From NCBI GenBank assembly GCA_965230905.1, contig OZ246396.1, positions 180,001 to 212,000 of the forward strand: 32,000 nucleotides of DNA. The letters run 5' to 3'. The DNA is from Candidatus Saccharimonadota bacterium. Its GTDB lineage: Bacteria; Patescibacteriota; Gracilibacteria; UBA1369; 2-02-FULL-48-14. A program made the translations under genes and the position numbers. The stretch's first letter is position 1; each line of letters starts with the position of its first letter. Below are positions 24,651 to 32,000 of this stretch, one piece after another. Under the pieces are notes generated by a model. The model was given only the letters and a program-made list of their open reading frames with translations, made no database searches and had not been told where the DNA came from.

Positions 24651-25702
24651 AACTCTCCCACACCTTTTTCACCGGATTTCTTTTCCTAACGGGCGTCGCC
24701 TTGCCGGGTCTTGTCACCGACGCTTCGGTAGTGGATGGGCTCAACTGCGGCAGCCAATATTACGATTTTATTTTGAGTGTGCGCAGTGAAAACACTCGAG
24801 AACAGTTCATTCAAGACTTCCGACGAGGCTACTGCCAGTTGAACGACCTTATGGAACTGGACGACGAGCTCGACACCCTGCGTGAAAATTTCCGTACGGC
24901 GGCCTTTGATTGCGCCGACACGAGTCCGTATCAGGAAGAATACCACCGCATTTTGATGGAGCAGTATTTTATCCGCAACGTTCAACAAAGCCCTTCGGAT
25001 GTGATTCGTGAAAAGGAAGCCCTTGAGCTCGAAGCCGCTAAGGAGGCGATTTTAACGGGCCTTAAAGCAGATATGATCGCCGTGTTTGTGGTGGAAGAAG
25101 GCCGGGTTTCTGAGCCGGTGCTCAATGACTATTTTGACAGCTGGACGCTCAAATACGAAGACCGCATCGGCAATTATTACCGATGTGAAGAAGGTGGATT
25201 CGCTGAAATCAAAGAGAGTTGGGATGACTTTGTGGAGACCATTGAAACCCTGAGCGTGGACATTGAACCGCACGAAAAAATTTCTTTCAAAGACAATATT
25301 AAATTCGACAACGATTTGGATGAAGAAACGGAACAACTCCAAGACATCGGGCAGAACACAATCGACGGCTGGAGCTATTATAAAAATTTAATGGGCATTG
25401 GTAAGAATACAGTGGAAGCGCCCGCTAAGGTGAGTGACTTTGACGGTACGGGCGAAGTGTTTACCTTTGGCAGTGCTTTGGATATTTTACAAAGCGACAC
25501 CACCCGCGCCACTATTCAGGCCGAAAGCGCCGAGCGCATGGCCAAGTACAAACTCTTGTATGGTGAAGGCGGCGCGGTGGCGGCCACCGACATGCAGGGC
25601 GTTTTGCAATACATGAACCAAATCATCGCCGAAACCAACGCCAAAGACTTCCCCGGGGTTTTGACCGGCGTGACGAAGGTGTATGAACGCCAATGTAACT
25701 GA
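24647..25702 (+). CDS. Secreted hypothetical protein 4 of the cassette (351 aa from ATG 24647)
   Basis: The ORF track uses TTG at 24641. The ATG at 24647 gives an ATGA overlap with the upstream stop (24648-24650). Hydrophobic N-terminus MKLSHTFFTGFLFLTGVALPGLVTDA|S. Five Cys. Ends ...FPGVLTGVTKVYERQCN. Confidence 0.8.
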   Translation: MKLSHTFFTGFLFLTGVALPGLVTDASVVDGLNCGSQYYDFILSVRSENTREQFIQDFRRGYCQLNDLMELDDELDTLRENFRTAAFDCADTSPYQEEYHRILMEQYFIRNVQQSPSDVIREKEALELEAAKEAILTGLKADMIAVFVVEEGRVSEPVLNDYFDSWTLKYEDRIGNYYRCEEGGFAEIKESWDDFVETIETLSVDIEPHEKISFKDNIKFDNDLDEETEQLQDIGQNTIDGWSYYKNLMGIGKNTVEAPAKVSDFDGTGEVFTFGSALDILQSDTTRATIQAESAERMAKYKLLYGEGGAVAATDMQGVLQYMNQIIAETNAKDFPGVLTGVTKVYERQCN

Positions 25703-25979
25703 AGAAAAGAGTGCTTTCGTCTTAGCTGAAGAAGCCGGAGGAAAAAGGCCAAAGGGACTATTGGGTTTCTTAACGAGACAATAAGGAGAAAAAGGTGTGT
25801 TTTTTGCGGGCCATGACGGGTTTTTTCTTGTGTTCAAGTTCCACGCTTTCACGAGCGTTGTTGAGGTCTACCATGCAGTACGGACAAAGGTCCTTTCGAA
25901 GGGAAATCAATCTACCGCAGGAGAAGCAATTAAATAACATGAGGCGTGGGTGGGAGGGGAATCAAGAGGACGGAAACCT

Positions 25980-26150
25980 TTAGTTAACCTGTTTTTGTAG
26001 GAATTCATTCAGGTCGTCTTCGCTGATGCGATAGACTCGTCCGAATTTCACGCTTTTGAGGCGTTTACTCCTAATAAACTTTAGTACGGTTAAGTGGTGG
26101 AGCTGCAGGGCGTCCGCGACTTCTTCGGGCGTGAGGAGCCGCTTAATCAT
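25980..26150 (-). CDS. Excisionase-family helix-turn-helix DNA-binding protein (56 aa; absent from the ORF track)
   Basis: Manual translation of the minus strand gives MIKRLLTPEEVADALQLHHLTVLKFIRSKRLKSVKFGRVYRISEDDLNEFLQKQVN. This is the classic HTH_17/excisionase pattern (LLT..EvA..L.v...Tv...i..g.l....iGr.yrI...dl.efl). ATG complement at 26148-26150, stop complement at 25980-25982. Confidence 0.8.
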   Translation of the reverse strand: MIKRLLTPEEVADALQLHHLTVLKFIRSKRLKSVKFGRVYRISEDDLNEFLQKQVN

Positions 26151-26159
26151 TCGATTAAA

Positions 26160-26322
26160 TTAAACTTAACTTGGCCATACTTTATGCTCTCCTATTTAGC
26201 TTTGCAATGCTTTTCAGTGTTTTTGAGAAATAAGGGTTGATAAGTTATAAATAATGATGGTTTATACTATTTTAAGATTACCTGTTAAGTTTCATTAAAC
26301 TTCATTAAATCTAGTTAAACTT
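26160..26322. repeat. Short AT-rich direct repeats (TTAAACTT x3; tandem TTCATTAAA x2) in the intergenic region next to the HTH gene
   Basis: TTAAACTT at 26160-26167, 26295-26302 and 26315-26322. TTCATTAAA at 26291-26299 and 26301-26309. The repeats are seen directly in the sequence, but their significance in an AT-rich spacer is uncertain. Confidence 0.45.
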
Positions 26323-26380
26323 TGCTGGAGTTTACTTTATTTAAAAAACTGAGTAAATTGAACTCACTTAATCTTCCACT

Positions 26381-26776
26381 ATGAAAAAAGTCTCCCCCCT
26401 TTTAATCACTTTTGTTCTTTTACTGACGGCGTGTGGCGGACCCATGACCCTCACCTATGGTTCCAGCACCCTGACTTACGATTCCGGCACCTGGGAAGAG
26501 TTTGAAAACGACTCTGCTAACGGTTTGGGCGTGAAAGGCTCAGACGGCTGTTGGGCGGATTTGGAGGGAACTTTAACCACACCCTTGCCTTCTGAAATGG
26601 ATACTTTGCTTTCAGGTACTTTGGATAGCCTCACTGCCTACACCTACCCTGGTGACGCTCAACCCAGCTACGTGGCACTTCCACTTGAAAACGACACCCT
26701 CTTCATCCGTGTGGGCTACGACCAAGAAGCCGCTGCCTGCTTAGAGGCTATTCAGGAGTTGGCGACTATGAACTAG
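26381..26776 (+). CDS. Small lipoprotein (131 aa), function unknown
   Basis: Signal peptide with a lipobox, MKKVSPLLITFVLLLTAC|GG (L-T-A-C). Four Cys including the lipid-modified one. I recognise no family. Confidence 0.8.
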   Translation: MKKVSPLLITFVLLLTACGGPMTLTYGSSTLTYDSGTWEEFENDSANGLGVKGSDGCWADLEGTLTTPLPSEMDTLLSGTLDSLTAYTYPGDAQPSYVALPLENDTLFIRVGYDQEAAACLEAIQELATMN

Positions 26777-27978
26777 AGCCGACGAGCATTCCAATACACC
26801 CCAAAGTAACTCAGAATAATGGCCACCAGCCCTATCTGGAGAGTTTGGGCTTCGGTGGTAAAAAGAAGCAGTAGGCCCAGCAGTCCGAGGGAGATGCTCC
26901 TTCCCACCCAAATGAGCGCATCGCGGTAAAGCAAACCTGGATAAAAGGAGTGCTGACCGGTGAGCTGTTCCATGGCCTTGAGGTCGAGCACATGTTCAGA
27001 AACGCGGTAAATGGGCGAAAGCAGGGTGAGACCGAGTGAAAAGAGTATATAAAACCACGGCGAGAGTTCCCAGAAAAAAAGCAGGGCGAACGCTGCCATG
27101 ATCCCCAGCACGGAATAGAGAAGAATTCTCACTCTATTGCCCTCGTGACGCCGGTGCGACAAAACGACCAAGGCTAAGATGGAAAGCGCGCCCATTAAGG
27201 TTTGGAGCAAACCGATGTTGATCACCGTTTTAAGGGATAACAAAGACAGGGCAGGGTAGAGCGTGCTGCGAAATCCCCAGGGCATGCCGCCAGCTAAAAT
27301 ATAACGACGGACTTTTTTGAGTTTGGGATCAAAGACCAAGCGTTTCCATTCACTGTGCGGTATGGGTTTGGGCGTGTAATCGGGCAGTTTGAATAAAAAG
27401 GGCAGGGAGCAGAGATACACAAAGGGCAGAATCCAAAATAGGATTTCAAAGGTTTCCAAGTGAAAGATTTGCTCGGAGAGGTAAAAGCTCAGCGTGGCCA
27501 CCAGTGGCGAAACCGTGGAAAAAATTTGCGTGCCGAGGCTGACCATGGACGAATAAAAATCGCGGTTCTCCTCGGTGGTGGTGAGCATTTCGTAACTGTG
27601 CACACCCACCCAAAACATGCCGAGTCCCAAGCCGTTGAAAGCCGCAAACAGCAGCAGGTAGCCAAAATCGCGCGGCAAAAAAATCAGCGATAGAAAGGAA
27701 AGAATGTAAATGGTGAAAGCACGGAGGTAATTGTATTTGAGCGAGATTTGTTTCTGCGCCACCACATAACCCCACCCCGAAAAGCCCAGTGCCACAAAGA
27801 AAAAGAAAACTAAATTGTAGATGACCAGGCAGAGCAATGATCCGGTGGTTTCATACACAAAAACGTTGAGGAAAAGCCCCACGATCATCTGGGAGAATTC
27901 GTAGACCCAATAGAGGAAAACCATTGCACGGGCGGAGTCGGGCAGGGCACGGAAGCGACGGAGGGTTTTGGTGAACAT
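26773..27978 (-). CDS. Polytopic membrane transporter, MFS-like (401 aa)
   Basis: About 10-12 hydrophobic segments spread evenly through the protein, with length and architecture like major facilitator proteins. The canonical TM2-TM3 loop motif is not clearly visible, so the family assignment is tentative. Confidence 0.6.
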   Translation of the reverse strand: MFTKTLRRFRALPDSARAMVFLYWVYEFSQMIVGLFLNVFVYETTGSLLCLVIYNLVFFFFVALGFSGWGYVVAQKQISLKYNYLRAFTIYILSFLSLIFLPRDFGYLLLFAAFNGLGLGMFWVGVHSYEMLTTTEENRDFYSSMVSLGTQIFSTVSPLVATLSFYLSEQIFHLETFEILFWILPFVYLCSLPFLFKLPDYTPKPIPHSEWKRLVFDPKLKKVRRYILAGGMPWGFRSTLYPALSLLSLKTVINIGLLQTLMGALSILALVVLSHRRHEGNRVRILLYSVLGIMAAFALLFFWELSPWFYILFSLGLTLLSPIYRVSEHVLDLKAMEQLTGQHSFYPGLLYRDALIWVGRSISLGLLGLLLLFTTEAQTLQIGLVAIILSYFGVYWNARRL

Positions 27979-28002
27979 ACGTTTTATACATAGTACCTTA
28001 GG

Positions 28003-28030
28003 TTGACTAAATATAAAATTAATTTAAAAT
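28003..28030 (+). promoter_or_regulatory. Candidate promoter of the 345-aa orphan gene
   Basis: TTGACT (28003-28008), 16-nt spacer, TAAAAT (28025-28030), 22 nt before the ATG at 28053. The context is AT-rich, so a chance match is quite possible. Confidence 0.3.
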
Positions 28031-28052
28031 ATAGATCTTAATTTGAAGCAAA

Positions 28053-29090
28053 ATGAGTCTCTCACCAGATGTGGCAGCAGAAAAGTACTTTGATAAATTT
28101 GGGCTGAGTGCACACCCCATAGTCCCTTATGAAAGATTACATGAAGTCGAGAAGTTGGAATGGCCACATGGTTTTGGACTCGAAGTGAAGGGCGTTAAAG
28201 AACAAATAGATGACGTGCTCATCTCTGGTGCAAGCGACTCTGATCCAGACCGTGAACTTCCAAGTGCCGATTATTTCAAGGCTCTACAGCATTGGGGATG
28301 CATAAATCTTAAGGGCAGTTGGGGCGAAGATTTTTTTATAAGAAAATCTTGCTTAAAAGCAAGAGATGATAGGTATGCGATTCGAGAATATAGGCCTGAA
28401 GAACATGCGTCTGCTTTTCGTTTTCACAAAGATCCCTCCGCAATCCTTGCTAGCAATTTTTATGAAGGAGACAACCGTAGTCTATTAGGCCGTCTTTCGG
28501 CGAATGAGAGATCAGAAACCTTAACTCTCATAGGGGCATTGCTTGTACATCCTGCATGGGCCAGCGGCACTAATTTCTGGTCTCCTATGCAAGAAAGGCG
28601 GCAGGCAAATACGCTCCTAGTGCCAGAACAAAGTTTTAAAAGAGCTTTGAACAAATATTTGCCAGAACATGTCCAAGAAATAATTGACGAACGAAGTGGA
28701 TTGATATTTTCAATATTAGAAAACGAAGCGCTTCACAGAGCGATGGTTGATTCGCTCCACCAATTTAAAATCCTTGACCAAAAGACCACTCATCTATCTA
28801 TCGATGAGGATGAACTTAAAAGAAGACTATTGATTGATTACTATTCAAATTTTATGACTACGGATAGAAGTAAAGCACTTGTCAGGAACCCTCGCACTCC
28901 TCAAGGAAAATTGGATAGTAAAATTACAAAAGACTGTAGCACTAGAGTAGTCATTGATTACTCCGAACCCAGCATCGCTACTTGGTGGGAAGGTTTGGTG
29001 ATGCACAAAGGAAGTCCAACTGGAGTAAAAGCTCCACCGCTTGCTACTACAGGGTTAACTTATGATTATAAAACTGGCTTTTACATTTAA
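28053..29090 (+). CDS. Hypothetical cytoplasmic protein (345 aa), orphan
   Basis: Intact ORF with no signal peptide or TM segment. GC is lower than in neighbouring genes (two sampled lines gave 27% and 43%). I recognise no motif. Confidence 0.65.
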   Translation: MSLSPDVAAEKYFDKFGLSAHPIVPYERLHEVEKLEWPHGFGLEVKGVKEQIDDVLISGASDSDPDRELPSADYFKALQHWGCINLKGSWGEDFFIRKSCLKARDDRYAIREYRPEEHASAFRFHKDPSAILASNFYEGDNRSLLGRLSANERSETLTLIGALLVHPAWASGTNFWSPMQERRQANTLLVPEQSFKRALNKYLPEHVQEIIDERSGLIFSILENEALHRAMVDSLHQFKILDQKTTHLSIDEDELKRRLLIDYYSNFMTTDRSKALVRNPRTPQGKLDSKITKDCSTRVVIDYSEPSIATWWEGLVMHKGSPTGVKAPPLATTGLTYDYKTGFYI

Positions 29091-31975
29091 ATCCCCATCT
29101 TTTTGAGCCACTTCCCGGTGTAGGAGACTTTGTGTTTCGCTACTTCTTCGGGAGTTCCGGTGGCAACCACTTGGCCTCCCCCATTTCCTCCGTCGGGCCC
29201 CATATCAATAATATGGTCGGCGCATTTGATGAGGTCGAGGTTGTGCTCGATTACGATGATGGTGTTGCCCGTGTCCACGAGTTGTTGCAGCACTTCCACG
29301 AGTTTTTTTACGTCGTCGAAGTGGAGACCCGTGGTGGGCTCGTCCAAAATGTAGAGGGTTTTCCCGGTGGAGCGCTTGGAAAGTTCGGTGGAAAGTTTGA
29401 TACGCTGCGCCTCTCCTCCCGAAAGCGTGGTAGCGGATTGTCCGAGGTGAATGTAACCCAGACCCACTTTTGAAAGCGTTTCGAGTTTGGTTTTCACAGA
29501 TGGAATGGCGTCGAAGAATTCCAGACATTCGTCCACGGTCATGTCGAGCACGTCGGCAATGGTTTTGCCGCGGTAAGTGATTTCGAGTGCTTCCCGATTG
29601 TAGCGGCGGCCCTTACACGATTCACACGGCACATAAATGTCCGCCAAAAAGTGCATTTCGATTTTTCGGAGCCCGTCCCCTTCACAGACTTCACAGCGTC
29701 CTCCCTTCACGTTGAAAGAGAAACGTCCGGCCTTGTATCCACGCAAACGCGCTTCGGAAGTTTGTGCAAAAAGTTCACGCATGTCGGTGAAAACTCCGGT
29801 GTAGGTAGCGGGATTGGAACGGGGCGTTCGTCCGATTGGCGACTGGTCGATGTTGATGATTTTATCCAAAAGTTCGATTCCACGGATTTCACGGTGCGCG
29901 CCGGCGAGTGCCTTGTTTCGGTTGATGACGGCGGCCACTTTTTTAACAAGAATTTCGTTGATGAGAGTGGATTTTCCGGACCCAGACACACCTGTTATGG
30001 CGATGAAGGTTCCCAGCGGGAATTTCACATCCACGTTTTGCAAATTGTGTTCGGTGGCTCCCAAAATTTCCAGCGATTTTCCGTTTCCTTTGCGGCGTTT
30101 TTTTGGCGTTGGAATTTCTTTTTTACCGGAAAGGTATTGCCCGGTGATGGAGTTTTTGTCCTTCATGATTTCCGCAGGCGTACCGGCGGCGATCACGTTT
30201 CCTCCATGCTTCCCGGCGCCCGGTCCGATGTCCAAAATATAATCGGCAGCGAGCATGGTATCCACGTCGTGTTCCACCACAATCACGGTGTTGCCGATGT
30301 CGCGCAAAGTTGTGAGGGTTTGAATGAGTTTTTCGTTGTCGTTTTGGTGAAGTCCAATGGAGGGTTCATCGAGCACATAGAGCACGCCCACCAGGTGGGA
30401 TCCGATTTGCGTCGCGAGACGAATACGCTGCGCCTCTCCGCCAGAAAGGGTGTTGGCGGCGCGGTCGAGCGTGAGGTAAGAAACTCCCACGTGATTCAAA
30501 AATCCGAGGCGAGAATAGACTTCACGCAAAATGGGCTCAGAAATCATTTTGTTCATCGCGGTGAGCTTGAGCCCTTTGAAAAATTCTTCGGCTTCGGCGA
30601 TGGAAAGTGAGGTAACATCGGAGATGGAGCGCTCGTTAATAGTGACCGCAAGCATCTCGGGTTTGAGACGTTTTCCTTCACACACCGGGCAGAGTAAAAC
30701 TCGCATGAATTGTTCGATTTTTCCGCGCACGTATTCGGAGTCGGTTTCTAGGAAGCGGCGTTCCAAGTTGGGGATCACTCCTTCAAATTTGGTTTGGAAT
30801 TCGCCTTTGGAAAACCCGTCGCCGGAGGTCATTTTTACGGAGTATTTTTCTTCACCCGTTCCGTACATCACTTTTTGCATCTGGGCGTCGGTGAGTTTTT
30901 CTACCGGCGCGTCCGCAGAGAATTTGAAACGCTTCGCCACTTCTTCCAAAATATTGTTGTACCAAGTGAGGTGCGAGCTGGTCGCGGACCAAGGCAAAAT
31001 CGCGCCTTCGGAAAGGCTGAGTTTTTTGTTGGGGATCACGAGCTCGGGGTCGATTTCAAGTTTGGTTCCAAGTCCATGACATTCTTCACACGCGCCGTGT
31101 GGGCTGTTGAACGAAAAATTCCGTGGCTCGATCTCCGTGATGCTCACTTCCGGATGGTCGTCACACGCAAAGGTCTCGGAAAATTTCTGGATTTCGCCGG
31201 TTTCATTGTCCATCACCATCATCACTCCTTCCCCATGACGCAGCGTCATTTCCACCGAGTCCGCGAGCCGCGTGAGGTCAGGATTTGGGATTTCCACTTT
31301 TTCACCGGTGGACAATTCCTTGTACATTTTTTCAAACTTTTTCACGGCCAAACGGTCCACCACGATTTCAATGTCGTGTGATTTATTTTTATCGATTTCG
31401 GGCAGTTCCACCACGGAATAAACCTCGCCGTCCACACGCACACGCACAAATCCTTCCTTCTTAATTTTTTCAAACACGGCGGTGTGTTCGCCTTTTCGTC
31501 CGTGCATCATGGGCGCGAGCAAAAGCACACGGCGTCCCTCACCCATGGCCATAATATGGTCCACAATTTGCGTCGCAGTTTGGCGCACGATGGGTTTTTT
31601 ACATTTAGGACAGTGCGGAATTCCCACACGAGCAAAGAGCAAACGCAGATGGTCGTAAATTTCCGTCACGGTTCCCACGGTTGAACGTGGATTGCGCGGC
31701 GCGGTCTTTTGATCGATAGAAATCGCTGGCGAAAGTCCTTCAATAGACTCCACATCCGGCTTTTCCATCACTCCCAAAAACTGACGAGCATAGGTCGAGA
31801 GCGATTCCACATAACGTCGTTGTCCTTCGGCGTAAATCGTGTCAAAAGCGAGGGTGGATTTTCCGGAACCCGAGAGTCCCGTGATCACCGTGAGCTTATC
31901 GCGCGGAATCTCCACATCGATGTTCTTCAAATTGTGCATCTTGGCTCCTTTGACCTTTATGCTCGTTGCTTGCAT
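29087..31975 (-). CDS. uvrA: Excinuclease ABC subunit A
   Basis: 962 aa. Two Walker A motifs ([18 protein letters not shown]), two ABC signatures (LSGGEAQR) and zinc-finger Cys clusters (CPKC..., [20 protein letters not shown]...CESCKGRR). The N-terminus [54 protein letters not shown] is canonical UvrA. Confidence 0.97.
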   Translation of the reverse strand: MQATSIKVKGAKMHNLKNIDVEIPRDKLTVITGLSGSGKSTLAFDTIYAEGQRRYVESLSTYARQFLGVMEKPDVESIEGLSPAISIDQKTAPRNPRSTVGTVTEIYDHLRLLFARVGIPHCPKCKKPIVRQTATQIVDHIMAMGEGRRVLLLAPMMHGRKGEHTAVFEKIKKEGFVRVRVDGEVYSVVELPEIDKNKSHDIEIVVDRLAVKKFEKMYKELSTGEKVEIPNPDLTRLADSVEMTLRHGEGVMMVMDNETGEIQKFSETFACDDHPEVSITEIEPRNFSFNSPHGACEECHGLGTKLEIDPELVIPNKKLSLSEGAILPWSATSSHLTWYNNILEEVAKRFKFSADAPVEKLTDAQMQKVMYGTGEEKYSVKMTSGDGFSKGEFQTKFEGVIPNLERRFLETDSEYVRGKIEQFMRVLLCPVCEGKRLKPEMLAVTINERSISDVTSLSIAEAEEFFKGLKLTAMNKMISEPILREVYSRLGFLNHVGVSYLTLDRAANTLSGGEAQRIRLATQIGSHLVGVLYVLDEPSIGLHQNDNEKLIQTLTTLRDIGNTVIVVEHDVDTMLAADYILDIGPGAGKHGGNVIAAGTPAEIMKDKNSITGQYLSGKKEIPTPKKRRKGNGKSLEILGATEHNLQNVDVKFPLGTFIAITGVSGSGKSTLINEILVKKVAAVINRNKALAGAHREIRGIELLDKIINIDQSPIGRTPRSNPATYTGVFTDMRELFAQTSEARLRGYKAGRFSFNVKGGRCEVCEGDGLRKIEMHFLADIYVPCESCKGRRYNREALEITYRGKTIADVLDMTVDECLEFFDAIPSVKTKLETLSKVGLGYIHLGQSATTLSGGEAQRIKLSTELSKRSTGKTLYILDEPTTGLHFDDVKKLVEVLQQLVDTGNTIIVIEHNLDLIKCADHIIDMGPDGGNGGGQVVATGTPEEVAKHKVSYTGKWLKKMGI

Positions 31976-32000
31976 GCGAAAAAAGCTAATTAATATAATT

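Noticed and set aside
21617-25702. The idea that the four proteins after the giant gene are minor pilins, by analogy with fimU-pilVWXY1E operons.
   Set aside because: None has the class III prepilin leader ([GA]-F-T-L-x-E followed by a hydrophobic helix). Their N-termini look like ordinary Sec signal peptides or anchors.
25487-25983. ORFs 25487-25852 (-), 25516-25752 (-) and 25795-25983 (+) in or near the 3' end of the cassette.
   Set aside because: The first two are antisense to cassette protein 4. The third lies in a low-complexity spacer and overlaps the end of the HTH gene by 4 nt on the opposite strand (25980-25983). None has a motif.
29130-31993. Plus-strand ORFs inside uvrA (for example 29651-30610 at 319 aa, 30531-31079, 30794-31381).
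   Set aside because: They are antisense to a canonical full-length UvrA and have no recognisable features.
1-32000. Alternative genetic code (TGA recoded as Gly or Trp, as in some candidate phyla and Mollicutes).
   Set aside because: TGA ends several conserved genes at the expected length and takes part in repeated ATGA coupling junctions. Conserved proteins (UvrA, PilB, PilC, L10) are full length with no in-frame TGA. The standard code fits.
1-32000. A search by eye for tRNA, rRNA, CRISPR arrays, transposase or integrase genes and long inverted or direct repeats.
   Set aside because: None was found. The only repeated DNA elements noticed are the duplicated terminator, short AT-rich motifs and codon-level repeats inside the giant gene. 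A tRNAscan/cmscan run would be needed to exclude small RNAs formally.

Overview
Bacterial chromosomal segment that reads cleanly with the standard code: TGA acts as a stop, and there are six ATGA/TAATG start-stop overlaps. Spot counts of 60-nt lines give roughly 50-58% GC in core genes. Three AT-rich islets lie at about 1540-2190, 25700-26380 and 28000-29090. No start codon in the window has a recognisable Shine-Dalgarno motif upstream. Layout: (1) promoter, structured leader, rplJ-rplL and a strong terminator, with no rpoB following. (2) An AT-rich islet with a 137-aa basic orphan gene on the minus strand. (3) A compact type IV pilus / Com-like operon: PilN-like, PilO-like, short PilB/GspE ATPase, PilC/GspF platform, prepilin, terminator. 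(4) A single 14,448-nt ORF for a 4,815-aa secreted mosaic surface protein. It carries DxDxDG acidic loops, Ig-like repeats, FG-GAP/VCBS repeats, a DUF11-like repeat, a PKD-like domain, a hydrophobic Cys-rich core, three SLH motifs and a TSP3 repeat. (5) Four translationally coupled signal-peptide proteins of no family I recognise, all ending in a near-terminal Cys. (6) An accessory stretch: a 56-aa excisionase-type HTH ORF below the ORF-track cutoff, a lipoprotein, a polytopic transporter and a 345-aa orphan. (7) uvrA on the minus strand. The best candidate for an undescribed system is the same-strand block from the pilus genes through the giant wall-anchored protein and its four-gene secreted cassette (about 2134-25702). 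The gene content and style fit a small-genome bacterium with a Gram-positive-type envelope, for example a CPR/Patescibacteria-like lineage, but the window cannot prove this. All domain calls come from reading motifs by eye; no HMM or database search was run.
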